Shown here: positions 22,837-32,000 of the stretch, piece after piece | How the letters are laid out: every line of letters begins with the position of its first letter | How positions within the stretch are numbered: the stretch's first letter is position 1 | Assembly: GCA_041649575.1 (NCBI GenBank) | Contig: JBAZMW010000001.1 | Coordinates: forward strand, 1-32,000 | Source of the DNA: Patescibacteria group bacterium | GTDB lineage: Bacteria; Patescibacteriota; Patescibacteriia; 2-01-FULL-39-33 | Length of the DNA: 32,000 nt | Direction: 5' to 3' | Notes under the pieces: model-generated | Seen by the model: the letters and a program-made list of their open reading frames with translations, nothing else | Databases searched by the model: none | Told to the model about the DNA's origin: nothing | Position numbers and translations under genes: made by a program

Positions 22837-23379
22837 ATGATAGAAACGCGCATTCACGGCCGCGGCGGCCAAGGCTCGGTGACGCTGGCCGAACTGCTGG
22901 CGGTAGCCGCCTTTAATAGCGGAAAATTTGCCCAGGCTTTTCCTAATTTTGGCGTTGAGCGTCGCGGGGCGCCGGTGGAGGCCTATGTGCGATTTGATGA
23001 TAAATTTATCCGTTTGCGCAGCCAGGTGTACTCTCCCGATTATGTGATCATTCAAGACCCGACCCTCTTGACCAACGAAAATTTGTTGGCCAATTTGAAG
23101 CCGGGCGCGGTGGTTTTGTTAAATAGTAAAGATGACGCTTCCGGCTTGAGGTTGCCCCCGGGCGTAAAAGTCAGGACCATCTACGCCACGGAGTTAGCTT
23201 TAAAAATTATTGGCAAGCCGATAATTAATACGATTTTGCTGGGCGCTTTTGCTGGGCTGACAAAATTAATAAAAATGTCGGCGATTGAAAGGGCGATTAA
23301 AGAAAGATTTGAGGGAGAAGTGGCAGAAAAAAATATTCTAGCGGCCAAAAAAGGGTTCGAAGTAATAAATAGTATTTAA
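22837..23379 (+). CDS. porG: Pyruvate/2-oxoacid:ferredoxin oxidoreductase, gamma subunit
   Basis: It has IHGRGGQG near the N-terminus. I prefer the ATG at 22837 over the TTG at 22825. Confidence 0.9.
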   Translation: MIETRIHGRGGQGSVTLAELLAVAAFNSGKFAQAFPNFGVERRGAPVEAYVRFDDKFIRLRSQVYSPDYVIIQDPTLLTNENLLANLKPGAVVLLNSKDDASGLRLPPGVKVRTIYATELALKIIGKPIINTILLGAFAGLTKLIKMSAIERAIKERFEGEVAEKNILAAKKGFEVINSI

Positions 23380-23387
23380 CAGGGTAA

Positions 23388-23663
23388 ATGAAAATAGTTT
23401 TAGCTGCAAAACCAGGTACGACAATTCAAGTCAAAACCGGCAGTTGGCGCGAGCGTCACTGGCCGGAGATTGATCATGAGAAATGCATTGGTTGCGCTCT
23501 GTGTGAAAAAGTTTGTCCCGAGGGCATTTGTTTTTCTACTGGCGAAAAAAACAAAGCCGACAAGATTTTTTTTGAAAAAGATTTGGACTATTGCAAGGGT
23601 TGCGGTCTGTGCGCCGAGGTCTGCCCGGTGAAGGCGATTAGGATGAGGGAGGAGGGGAAGTAG
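23388..23663 (+). CDS. porD: Pyruvate/2-oxoacid:ferredoxin oxidoreductase, delta (2x[4Fe-4S] ferredoxin) subunit
   Basis: It has two cluster motifs, CIGCALCEKVCP and CKGCGLCAEVCP. Confidence 0.9.
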   Translation: MKIVLAAKPGTTIQVKTGSWRERHWPEIDHEKCIGCALCEKVCPEGICFSTGEKNKADKIFFEKDLDYCKGCGLCAEVCPVKAIRMREEGK

Positions 23664-23669
23664 ATTGGC

Positions 23670-23856
23670 TTTACTTTTTCTTTTCTAGAAAAGAAAAAGC
23701 TAACAAAAAGAAAAGTCGCGAGCTAACATGAAAATTTAGACAAAACAGGGTCGTTCTCGCTAATTTTAATAACTCGCTCACTAACGTTCGCTCAAACAAA
23801 TTAAAATTAACGCTCGAATTCCGCCCGTTTTGTTGCTAAGTTTTCATAGGCTCGCA
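23670..23856 (+). repeat. Structured repeat, copy B
   Basis: It is collinear with 16499-16704. Hairpin 1 is ctttttctttt-ctag-aaaagaaaaag (perfect). The long-hairpin arms are conserved and the apical region is shorter and different. It starts 7 nt after the porD stop. Confidence 0.8.
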
Positions 23857-23869
23857 AAAAAGTAAAAAT

Positions 23870-24220
23870 ATGAAAGGAATATGGGAAGAATTTATAAAGC
23901 ATAATTTAGAGACATACCATAAAGGTACTATAGTAAAAATGAAAGATATAGGCAGAAAAGGTAAATTAATTTTTAAGTTAGTTAAGGATAGATTTTATTG
24001 CAGACAGTCTAATCTACCGCAAAAAGTTTTTTTTATTGATAAGCTAAAAAAGTTAAAACCAGAAGGGAGGATAGCTTATAGAAAGTTTTGGCACAATGGT
24101 GATATTGAATATCGTTTGGGTTATTATGTAATCAGTCAGTATGGTAAACGAAAAGGGCATTGGATGTTTGGTCAGTATAATCCGATTATGCCGCTAAGAG
24201 ATTTGGAAAAAATTTTGTAA
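23870..24220 (+). CDS. AT-rich basic orphan protein (116 aa) inserted between porD and porA
   Basis: A 116-codon open frame in roughly 25-30% GC DNA is unlikely by chance because stop codons are AT-rich. The product is Lys/Arg-rich. I see no RBS and recognise no family. Confidence 0.55.
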   Translation: MKGIWEEFIKHNLETYHKGTIVKMKDIGRKGKLIFKLVKDRFYCRQSNLPQKVFFIDKLKKLKPEGRIAYRKFWHNGDIEYRLGYYVISQYGKRKGHWMFGQYNPIMPLRDLEKIL

Positions 24221-24295
24221 GAGGCAAAAAATAAAGGAATCATAGATAAAAATTTTAAAATTGTTTGAAAATTGAAAATTTTTAAATTAAAAATT

Positions 24296-25459
24296 ATGTC
24301 TAAAATACTCGAAGGCTCCCGCGCAATTGCGGAGACAATTAAAAATATCAATGTGGGTGTAGTTTCGGCTTACCCGATTACGCCGCAGACGCATATCGTC
24401 GAAGAATTGGCCAAGCTGAAAGCCGATGGCCAAGCGGATTTTGAATATGTCAAAGCCGAGAGCGAGTTCGCGGCCATTTCCATACTGGTTGGCGCTTCGG
24501 CTGCGGGAGTACGCACTTATACTGCCACTTCGGCTCAAGGATTGTTGTTGATGACCGAGGTGCTCTATAATGTGGCCGGTATGCGACTGCCAATAGTGAT
24601 GACCGATGCCAATCGGGCCGTCTCGGCGCCGATAAATATTTGGAATGACCAGCAAGACGCCGTCACCATGCGCGATGCCGGCTGGATTATGATGTTTGGC
24701 GAGGACATTCAGGAAGTTTGCGATTTGCACGTCTTGGCTTATAAAATAGCGGAAAAATGTCTGCTTCCGGTGATGGTAAATTTGGACGGTTTTGTGCTGA
24801 CTCATGTGGTGGAGCCGGTGACAGTGCCGGAAATGGCAGAAATTAAGAAATATTTGCCGGATTTCAAGCTAGCAGAAAAATTGGATGTCAAAAATCCTTT
24901 GACTCTCGGCGCCTTCGCCACGCCAGCGCATTATATGGAAATCAGGCAGGAGTTGCACGACGATTTGGTCGCTTCAAAAAATATTATGGCCAAGGAAATG
25001 AAGGAGTTTAAAAAAGTTTTTGGCCGGTTGCTCACTCTGGTTGAATACTATGGCGATCAAAGTGCCGAGACAGTGATTATAGCTATGGGTTCGGTCTTGG
25101 GAACTATTAAGGAGACAGTCGATGAAATAAATAATTCTACAGGAGGGGCACACCATGGCGTGCCCGTACAAAAAGTCGGAGTTTTAAAGATTAGTTGTTT
25201 ACGGCCGTTTCCAGTTGAGGAAATTTTAAAATTAATCGGCGACAAGAAAAATATTGTGGTGATTGATAAATCTGTTTCTCTAGGCGAGGAAGGAACTTTG
25301 GCTGGTGAAATTCGTCGCGTTTTTTATGGCCGGTCCAAAGCCAACATCACCAGCGTGATTATGGGTTTGGGCGGCAGAGATATTACCAAGGAGACGATTC
25401 TGCAGGCAATTAATCTGGCTAAAAACAGAAACGATAAAGCAGTTTTTATTGGAAAATAA
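24296..25459 (+). CDS. porA: Pyruvate/2-oxoacid:ferredoxin oxidoreductase, alpha subunit
   Basis: The N-terminus EGSRAIAE...AYPITPQT is typical of PorA/VorA. I prefer the ATG at 24296 over the TTG at 24272. Confidence 0.9.
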   Translation: MSKILEGSRAIAETIKNINVGVVSAYPITPQTHIVEELAKLKADGQADFEYVKAESEFAAISILVGASAAGVRTYTATSAQGLLLMTEVLYNVAGMRLPIVMTDANRAVSAPINIWNDQQDAVTMRDAGWIMMFGEDIQEVCDLHVLAYKIAEKCLLPVMVNLDGFVLTHVVEPVTVPEMAEIKKYLPDFKLAEKLDVKNPLTLGAFATPAHYMEIRQELHDDLVASKNIMAKEMKEFKKVFGRLLTLVEYYGDQSAETVIIAMGSVLGTIKETVDEINNSTGGAHHGVPVQKVGVLKISCLRPFPVEEILKLIGDKKNIVVIDKSVSLGEEGTLAGEIRRVFYGRSKANITSVIMGLGGRDITKETILQAINLAKNRNDKAVFIGK

Positions 25460-25460
25460 T

Positions 25461-26363
25461 ATGGAAAAGAAATATAAAGCACCGTTATCACATTTACTTA
25501 ACCCCGGCCACAGCGCTTGCGCTGGTTGCGGCATGATTATTGCTTATCGTTTGGTTTTGGACGCGGCTGGCCAAAACACCATTGTCACCAACGCCACCGG
25601 TTGTAGCGAAGTGACCACCACTCAATACCCGATGACGGCTTTTAAAGTGCCCTGGATTCATTCGTTGTTCGAAAATTCGTCTTCCCTGGCTTCGGGCATT
25701 TGGGCGGCTTTGAAATACCAGAAGAAAGATAAGGATATAAATATTATCGCGGTGGGCGGTGACGGCGCCACCTTTGACATTGGCTTCGCGCACATTTCCG
25801 GCATGTGGGAAAGGGGCGATAATGTTTTGTATGTCTGTTTTGACAATGAGGCTTACCAAAATACCGGTTATCAATATTCTAGCGCCACCCCACTGGACGC
25901 CAACACCTCCACCACGCCGCCGGGCAAGCGGTCACTGGGCAACCAGAGCTACAAAAAAGACATGATCAAAATAGCTCTGGCCCACAACCTGCCTTATGTG
26001 GCCACCGCTACCACCGGCTATCCGCTGGACATCGGCGTCAAAGTTAAAAAGGCGCTGGCTATAAAAGGGCCGAAATATTTACAGCTCCACACTCCTTGTG
26101 TGCCTGGCTGGGGTATTGAGCCCAAAGACACCATAAACGTGGCCAAGCTGGCGGTGCAATCCGGATTTTATCCTATTGTCGAGTACACAAATGGCGAATT
26201 GACTGGCAAGATAAAGATTACCAAAAAAGTACCAGTGGAAGAATTTTTAAAATTACAAAAAAGGTTTAAACATCTGTTTAGCTCGGAAGCAGGCAAGCTG
26301 GAGGTTGCTAAAATTCAAAAATTGGCGGACGAAAATATCAAAAAATTCGATTTAATTCAATAA
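25461..26363 (+). CDS. porB: Pyruvate/2-oxoacid:ferredoxin oxidoreductase, beta (TPP-binding) subunit
   Basis: It has GHSACAGCG and ATGCSE, plus the TPP motif GGDGATFDIG...NEAYQNTG. The ATG at 25461 comes immediately after the porA stop. Confidence 0.9.
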   Translation: MEKKYKAPLSHLLNPGHSACAGCGMIIAYRLVLDAAGQNTIVTNATGCSEVTTTQYPMTAFKVPWIHSLFENSSSLASGIWAALKYQKKDKDINIIAVGGDGATFDIGFAHISGMWERGDNVLYVCFDNEAYQNTGYQYSSATPLDANTSTTPPGKRSLGNQSYKKDMIKIALAHNLPYVATATTGYPLDIGVKVKKALAIKGPKYLQLHTPCVPGWGIEPKDTINVAKLAVQSGFYPIVEYTNGELTGKIKITKKVPVEEFLKLQKRFKHLFSSEAGKLEVAKIQKLADENIKKFDLIQ

Positions 26364-26392
26364 TTAAACAAACTTTAGAGAGGAGGTGAAAA

Positions 26393-26824
26393 ATGTTATT
26401 AAGCTTAATGCAAATCCAGGCCAATATTAATATTGACCCGGAAAAGATGAAGCAACTGCAAGATCAGATAAATCAGCTATCGAACGCAGCCAACAGTCCG
26501 GCGGCCAAACAGGCGGTGAGCGGTTTGGCGATATTTGCCGGCTGGATGCTGGGTCTGGTGGTGGTACTGGGCATCATTATGTTAGTCATTACCATTATCA
26601 GCTTGATCGATATTTATCATTGGGGCATAACCGATAAAGCGCTTTTCGAGAAAGCCAAAGAAGAAAAAAAGAAATGGTTCATTAATTTGATTTTGATTCC
26701 CTTTATCGCCGGTGTAGTAATGATCATTCCTTTTGTCGGCTGGGTGATCGGCGGGGTGATGTATATTTATTGGTTGGTAATGGTTTTGGTATATTTTTTC
26801 GGGGTGCGCAAGAAACTGGTTTAA
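26393..26824 (+). CDS. Hypothetical multi-pass membrane protein
   Basis: A strong SD precedes the start (gagaggaggtgaaaaATG). There are three hydrophobic segments. No family is recognised. Confidence 0.6.
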   Translation: MLLSLMQIQANINIDPEKMKQLQDQINQLSNAANSPAAKQAVSGLAIFAGWMLGLVVVLGIIMLVITIISLIDIYHWGITDKALFEKAKEEKKKWFINLILIPFIAGVVMIIPFVGWVIGGVMYIYWLVMVLVYFFGVRKKLV

Positions 26825-26840
26825 TAAAAAAGTTTATTAA

Positions 26841-26866
26841 AATTCCCCCGATTAATCGGGGGAATT
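26841..26866. terminator. Terminator hairpin (perfect palindrome)
   Basis: The palindrome is aattcccccgatt/aatcgggggaatt, flanked by A and T tracts. Confidence 0.7.
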
Positions 26867-26930
26867 TTAATATTGACAAAGGCAAATCTTTTTAGTAAAA
26901 CCGACATCCCTAGTTTTTTCCTATAATCTT

Positions 26931-26959
26931 TTGACACCCTTGACTTTTTCCTGTATAAT
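26931..26959 (+). promoter_or_regulatory. Consensus sigma70-type promoter upstream of uvrA
   Basis: TTGACA (26931-26936), a 17-nt spacer, then TATAAT (26954-26959), 46 nt before the uvrA ATG. Confidence 0.55.
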
Positions 26960-27005
26960 AAACGTTAATTTAAAAACTTAAAAATATTGTTTTAAGCGAC
27001 AGGCC

Positions 27006-29879
27006 ATGAAAGATAAGATTTCTATCCACGGAGCGCGAGTCAATAATTTGAAGAATATTGATATTGATTTGCCCAAAAATAAATTAGTGGTGATCACCGG
27101 GCTCTCCGGCTCGGGCAAATCGTCTTTGGCTTTTGATACCGTTTATGCCGAAGGGCAGAGGCGTTATGCCGAGAGTTTATCCGCTTACGCCAAGCAATTT
27201 CTGGATTTGATGGACAAGCCGGACGTCGACAGCATTGAAGGCATGTCGCCAACCGTTGCCATTGATCAAAAATCGTCTTCCGCCAATCCGCGTTCCACGG
27301 TGGGGACAATCACGGAAATCTATGATTATTTGAGGTTGCTTTATGCCAAAGTGGGAGTTGTCCATTGCCATTTGTGCGGCCAGGAGGTGAAAAAACAAAC
27401 CCCCGATCAGATTTTGGAACAGCTTCTAAAATTACCGGCTGATTCAAGGGTTCAGATTTTGGCGCCGGTGGTCTTTAATAAGAAAGGCACGCACACCAAA
27501 CAAATCGAAGCCATCGCCAAAGCCAATTACGAATTGTTGCGTATTGATGGTCATTTTTACAATATTGACGAGGCCAAGCAATTGAACTTGGACAAAAATT
27601 TCAGTCATACCATCGAAGTTTTGATCGACAGTTTAAGTTTGACCAGCGGTATCAGCAGTCGCGACAAAGAAGACGTTGACTGGCAGCGTCTAAATAAAGC
27701 CATCATGCTGGCCCTGGATTATGGCAACGGTTTTATCAATGTTCATCTGCCGGAAAGCGACAAAGACTTGCCTTTCAATTTGTATTATGTTTGCCATCGT
27801 TGCGGCATTAGCATTGCCGAAGTGGAGCCGCGGAGTTTTTCTTTTAATTCGCCTTTTGGCGCCTGCCCGGCTTGCCGGGGGCTGGGTATAAAATTGGTGC
27901 CGGACAGGGATTTGATCATTCCCAACAAAAGACTGACTTTGGCCGAAGGCGCCATTAAGCCCTGGTCCAGAAATTTCGCCTCGCAAAATTCCAATTTTAA
28001 GTTGTTGGAAAAAGTAGCCCAGAAAAATAATTTCAGCCTGAATTCTCCGGTAGCGGAATTACCCGACAGGGCGCTGGAGATTATTTTTAACGGCAGCGGT
28101 GACGAGGTCTATGAAGTCGACGGTCTGTCGAAGACCGAGGCGAGAAGAAAAATGGTTTTTGAAGGCGTGATAAAGTTTTTGGACAATAAATACAGTGAAA
28201 CTAAATCGGAATATCTGCAAAAAACACTGGAAGACTACATGAGAATTTCCACTTGCCCGGTTTGTCATGGTACCAGATTAAAACCAGAAAGCCTGGCAGT
28301 CAAAGTGGTGGACAAAAACATCGCTCAAGTCAGCGGCTTGGATGTTGATCGGTTGTTAGAATTTTTTAATGACCTGGAAAAGAAGTGGAAAGCGACTTCG
28401 CGCGAAGGAAAAATTTCCAAGCAGATTTTTAGGGAAATCACCAAAAAGTTGGGTTTTTTGAAAAACGTCGGACTAGACTATTTGACTTTAAGCCGCAGCG
28501 CTACCACCTTGGCCGGCGGCGAAGCCCAGCGCATAAAGCTGGCGACGCAAATCGGCTCGGGTTTGGAGGGAGTGGTTTATATTCTCGATGAGCCGTCAAT
28601 TGGCCTGCACGCCAGGGACAATGGAAAATTAATCGACACTCTGAAGAAGTTGCGCGACAAAGGCAATTCGGTGATTGTGGTGGAACACGACGAGCAGATG
28701 ATGCGGGCCGCGGATTATCTTATCGATATCGGACCGGGCGCGGGAATTTATGGCGGAGAGATTGTGGCCGAGGGTACTTTTGACCAAGTCAAAAAAAATA
28801 AAAAATCCATTACCGGCCAGTACTTGTCGGGAGTCAAAAGAGTGGAAATCAAAAAAGAATTGCATCAGGGCAATGGCAAAGCCATCAAAATTATCGGCGC
28901 CAGTGAGTTTAATCTGAAAAATATTGACGTCGAGATTCCGCTGGGCAAGCTGGTTTGCATCACCGGCGTCTCCGGCAGCGGCAAGTCGACTTTAATGACA
29001 GAAATTTTAGCCAAAGCTCTGGCTAATCGTTTTTACCGCACCAAGGATTTGCCGGGCAAACACAAGGAAATCAGAGGTTTGGATAATCTAGACAAGGTGA
29101 TAGACATTGATCAGTCACCCATTGGCCGCACGCCACGCAGTAATCCAGCCACGTACACGGGGGTGTTTACTTACGTCCGTGATTTGTACGCTAATTTACC
29201 GGAGAGCAAGGTGCGCGGCTTCAAGCAAGGCCATTTCAGTTTTAACGTTAAGGGCGGCGGTCGTTGCGAGACCTGTGCTGGTGACGGCTTGGTGAAAATC
29301 GAGATGCAATTTTTGCCAGATGTCTATGTGGAATGCGAGGAATGTCATGGCAAGAGATATAACAAGCAGGCGCTGGAAATCCATTATCGGGGCCAGGACA
29401 TCTCCGATGTTTTGCAAATGTCGGTGGCCGAAGCCAAAAAGTTTTTTACCCTTAATCAACAGATAGTCGACAAGCTGAATATCCTGGAAGAAGTTGGTTT
29501 GGGTTATTTAAAGCTGGGGCAAAGCGCCACCACACTCTCGGGCGGCGAAGCGCAAAGAGTGAAATTGGCTACCGAATTATCACGTCGTCCCACTGGCAGA
29601 ACTTTATATATTCTCGACGAGCCGACCACCGGTTTGCATTTTGATGATATAAAGAGATTATTGCAGGTGTTAAATTGCCTGGTGGAAAAAGGCAATTCGG
29701 TGTTGATCATAGAGCATAATTTAGATGTGATCAAATCCGCCGACTGGATTATTGATTTGGGGCCGGAAGGCGGCAACCATGGCGGCGAAGTGGTGGCCGA
29801 GGGCACGCCCCAGGCGGTGGCCAAAATAAAAAATAGTTATACCGGCCAGTATTTGAAAAAAATTTTAAAACAAGCTTAA
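27006..29879 (+). CDS. uvrA: Excinuclease ABC subunit A
   Basis: It has two ABC ATPase modules ([32 protein letters not shown] twice) and zinc-finger Cys pairs. Length is 957 aa. Confidence 0.97.
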   Translation: MKDKISIHGARVNNLKNIDIDLPKNKLVVITGLSGSGKSSLAFDTVYAEGQRRYAESLSAYAKQFLDLMDKPDVDSIEGMSPTVAIDQKSSSANPRSTVGTITEIYDYLRLLYAKVGVVHCHLCGQEVKKQTPDQILEQLLKLPADSRVQILAPVVFNKKGTHTKQIEAIAKANYELLRIDGHFYNIDEAKQLNLDKNFSHTIEVLIDSLSLTSGISSRDKEDVDWQRLNKAIMLALDYGNGFINVHLPESDKDLPFNLYYVCHRCGISIAEVEPRSFSFNSPFGACPACRGLGIKLVPDRDLIIPNKRLTLAEGAIKPWSRNFASQNSNFKLLEKVAQKNNFSLNSPVAELPDRALEIIFNGSGDEVYEVDGLSKTEARRKMVFEGVIKFLDNKYSETKSEYLQKTLEDYMRISTCPVCHGTRLKPESLAVKVVDKNIAQVSGLDVDRLLEFFNDLEKKWKATSREGKISKQIFREITKKLGFLKNVGLDYLTLSRSATTLAGGEAQRIKLATQIGSGLEGVVYILDEPSIGLHARDNGKLIDTLKKLRDKGNSVIVVEHDEQMMRAADYLIDIGPGAGIYGGEIVAEGTFDQVKKNKKSITGQYLSGVKRVEIKKELHQGNGKAIKIIGASEFNLKNIDVEIPLGKLVCITGVSGSGKSTLMTEILAKALANRFYRTKDLPGKHKEIRGLDNLDKVIDIDQSPIGRTPRSNPATYTGVFTYVRDLYANLPESKVRGFKQGHFSFNVKGGGRCETCAGDGLVKIEMQFLPDVYVECEECHGKRYNKQALEIHYRGQDISDVLQMSVAEAKKFFTLNQQIVDKLNILEEVGLGYLKLGQSATTLSGGEAQRVKLATELSRRPTGRTLYILDEPTTGLHFDDIKRLLQVLNCLVEKGNSVLIIEHNLDVIKSADWIIDLGPEGGNHGGEVVAEGTPQAVAKIKNSYTGQYLKKILKQA

Positions 29880-29882
29880 ATT

Positions 29883-29910
29883 AAAAAAATCCGCTCAACG
29901 CGGATTTTTT
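29883..29910. terminator. Bidirectional terminator between uvrA and the convergent gene
   Basis: The hairpin is aaaaaaatccgc-tcaac-gcggatttttt. Confidence 0.7.
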
Positions 29911-29924
29911 GAAAATCAATAGAT

Positions 29925-30932
29925 TTAGATTACACCGCAGGCGATAACCGCTTCTCCCGGCAGGGCAACCGCCGAATCAGCATGGCCCAAAATCACGCAA
30001 TCATTAGTGGCGAATAAAGTTTCCTTTAGTTCGCCAAAAACATTATAAACCCTTGCCAAGACCTGCTTCTTTTTTACCACTTGCCCCGGCTTGACTATAA
30101 AACGGATAATGCCGGAAGTAGAGACAACCGGCTGGTGGGAGTATTTTAAAATTTTATTTCTTAATTTTGGCGGTATGGAGAAGCCAAGGTTGTTGTCGGA
30201 TTCCTTGCTCATACCCAATTCTTTTAGTAATTTGAAAATAGACTTAACTCCCTCGGCGACGATTTTTTCGTCAATAGTGTAGGCGCCACCCAGCTCAATA
30301 GTCAGGGCCGGTATATTTTCTCTAATCAAGCTTCCAGAGAGAGTTTTTTTTAAAATTTTGTCTTCTTCCGGATCTTTGCCCTCATCAATAACCAAAAAAC
30401 CAGTATGCAAGCTTAATTTTTTTGTTTTTTCGTAAGCTTCTCTATACTTATTCCCCGGGTAGGGATCGATGATGGTGTAAGGGATCGACTGAAGCCAGTC
30501 GTTGTGCAGATCCAAAACCAAGTTGGGCTTGGTTTTTAAAATAGTGGTAAAAATTTTGTCGGTAATCCTTTCAACCAGAGAGCCATTTTTATCGCCGGGA
30601 AAAGAGCGGTTCAAGTCTTCTTGCACCACTCCCAGATTGCGAGAAACCATTTCAAAGCCCACCGGGTTCATTAAAGGAAAAGCAAAAAGAGATCCCCTGA
30701 GCAGCGGTCTGTTTTTTATTTTTTTGAAAACTTCCTGAATAACAGCGATGCCGCCCACTTCGTCTCCATGAATGCAACCGGTAAGCCAGACAACCGGTCC
30801 GGGATTTTTGCTTTTGGCCGACATTAAAGCCAGGCGCCTGTAAGATAAATCGGAGCCAGTTAGTATTTTAATAAAAGAATGGTTTATTTTTTGCTTAGTT
30901 TTTTTCATAAGATTTGTCTTTAATAGTAGCAT
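29925..30932 (-). CDS. Succinylglutamate desuccinylase/aspartoacylase (AstE/AspA, M14-like zinc hydrolase) family protein
   Basis: It has the zinc-ligand motif [10 protein letters not shown] and a later DLHN motif. The start may instead be the internal ATG at 30908. Confidence 0.75.
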   Translation of the reverse strand: MLLLKTNLMKKTKQKINHSFIKILTGSDLSYRRLALMSAKSKNPGPVVWLTGCIHGDEVGGIAVIQEVFKKIKNRPLLRGSLFAFPLMNPVGFEMVSRNLGVVQEDLNRSFPGDKNGSLVERITDKIFTTILKTKPNLVLDLHNDWLQSIPYTIIDPYPGNKYREAYEKTKKLSLHTGFLVIDEGKDPEEDKILKKTLSGSLIRENIPALTIELGGAYTIDEKIVAEGVKSIFKLLKELGMSKESDNNLGFSIPPKLRNKILKYSHQPVVSTSGIIRFIVKPGQVVKKKQVLARVYNVFGELKETLFATNDCVILGHADSAVALPGEAVIACGVI

Positions 30933-31020
30933 TTTTTGCTATTTTTGTCCAGAACTTCAGCTAAAGTTGAAAAAAACAAATTTTTATGGTAATTTTAAAA
31001 ACATAACGGTTAATTTTACT

Positions 31021-32000
31021 ATGTCTACTTATAAAGAGTTTTTAGATGGTGACGGTGAAAAGAAGTGGCAAGACTATTGGGAGCAAAAAAAATTATTTGC
31101 GGCCAATGATTTTGACGACCGGCCCAAGTATTATGCCTTGATAGAATTTCCTTATCCTTCGGCCGAGGGTTTGCACGTAGGTCATCCGCGCAGTTATACC
31201 GCGCTTGATATTGTGGCTAGAAAAAGACGGATGCAGGGTTTTAATGTGCTATACCCAATTGGTTTTGACGCTTTTGGACTACCGGCAGAAAATTTTGCTA
31301 TCAAAACCGGGACCCATCCGAAAATTCAAACCGATAAGAATATCGACAATTACCGTCGACAACTCAAATCGATCGGTTTTTCTTTTGATTGGGACAGGGA
31401 AGTCAATACGACCGATCCCAAGTATTACAAATGGACGCAGTGGATTTTTTTACAGCTGTTCAAACACGGCTTGGCTTACAAAGCGGAAGTGCCGATTAAT
31501 TTTTGTACCTCTTGCAAGGTAGGTTTAGCAAATGAGGAAGTGGTGGGTGGTAATTGCGAACGTTGTGGCGGTGAGGTGGTCAAAAAGATTAAAAGCCAGT
31601 GGATGCTAAAAATCACCGACTATGCCCAGCGGTTGGACAAAGATTTAGACCAGGTAGATTTTTTGGAAAAAATAAAAATTCAGCAACGGAATTGGATTGG
31701 CAAGAGCGAAGGAGCGGAAGTTGATTTTGCAATTAGTGGTAGTGAGGAAAAAATAAAAGTCTATACTACTCGGCCGGACACTTTGTTTGGCGCGACCTAC
31801 ATGGTGCTTTCTCCAGAGCACGAGCTGGTACAAAAATTAAAGGATAAAATTAGCAATTTTCAGGAGGTCGAAAATTATCTTAGTGAGGCGGCCAAGAAAT
31901 CTGATTTGGAACGCACTGAACTCAACAAAGAAAAAACCGGCGTGGAGTTAAAAGGAATTAAGGCGATAAACCCAGTTAATAATGAAGAGATTCCGATTTG
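31021..32000 (+). CDS. leuS: Leucine--tRNA ligase, 5' part (runs off the right window edge)
   Basis: It is absent from the ORF track because it has no stop in the window. My translation gives [26 protein letters not shown]...[21 protein letters not shown] (HIGH motif), [11 protein letters not shown], and a CxxC...CxxC zinc module. Confidence 0.95.
   Translation, partial: MSTYKEFLDGDGEKKWQDYWEQKKLFAANDFDDRPKYYALIEFPYPSAEGLHVGHPRSYTALDIVARKRRMQGFNVLYPIGFDAFGLPAENFAIKTGTHPKIQTDKNIDNYRRQLKSIGFSFDWDREVNTTDPKYYKWTQWIFLQLFKHGLAYKAEVPINFCTSCKVGLANEEVVGGNCERCGGEVVKKIKSQWMLKITDYAQRLDKDLDQVDFLEKIKIQQRNWIGKSEGAEVDFAISGSEEKIKVYTTRPDTLFGATYMVLSPEHELVQKLKDKISNFQEVENYLSEAAKKSDLERTELNKEKTGVELKGIKAINPVNNEEIPI

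Noticed and set aside
16499-23856. The structured repeat could be an integron attC site, a retron msr/msd, or an omega or bridge-type guide RNA.
   Set aside because: There are no GTTRRRY / RYYYAAC core sites at the ends. No intI, reverse transcriptase, TnpB/IscB or IS110-type recombinase gene is in the window. The adjacent ORFs (116 aa; isomerase-like) do not fit those systems.
722-31833. Antisense or out-of-frame ORFs are nested in clearly identified genes (e.g. 3316-3819 and 3456-3938 in ychF, 6953-7567 in glyA, 17941-19374 in RNase J, 24287-24805 in porA, 31205-31522 in leuS).
   Set aside because: They are fully contained in genes with strong family motifs on the other strand or frame. 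Their translations are low-complexity and carry no motifs.

Overview
The window is a gene-dense, low-to-moderate-GC bacterial chromosome segment using the standard code (TGA is used as a stop). Most of it is housekeeping: ychF, folD-glyA, trpS, RNase J, tRNA-Leu(CAG), secG, porGDAB, uvrA, leuS, a bacterial Elp3-type enzyme, a phosphohexomutase and CapA. Gene content and style resemble small-genome uncultivated (CPR/Patescibacteria-like) bacteria, but I cannot verify this without a search. No CRISPR array, rRNA, integrase, transposase or recognisable defence operon is visible.

Four things the housekeeping map does not explain:
1. Three strongly GC-rich single-gene cassettes lie between housekeeping genes at about 1-335, 4640-5290 and 14890-16400. 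The two complete ones have their own near-consensus sigma70-type promoter, a long leader and a hairpin downstream. One encodes a divergent xylose-isomerase-fold protein. The other two encode orphan proteins.
2. An unclassified structured repeat of about 190-205 bp occurs twice in the same orientation (16499-16704 and 23670-23856). Each copy abuts a compositionally anomalous cassette.
3. The second repeat copy, plus a very AT-rich 116-aa orphan ORF, splits the porGD/porAB operon.
4. A GIY-YIG nuclease gene is bracketed by terminal inverted repeats. A 115-bp derivative of the same repeat sits in-frame inside the neighbouring methyltransferase gene.

All functional calls rest on motifs recognised by eye and need HMM or structure searches to confirm.
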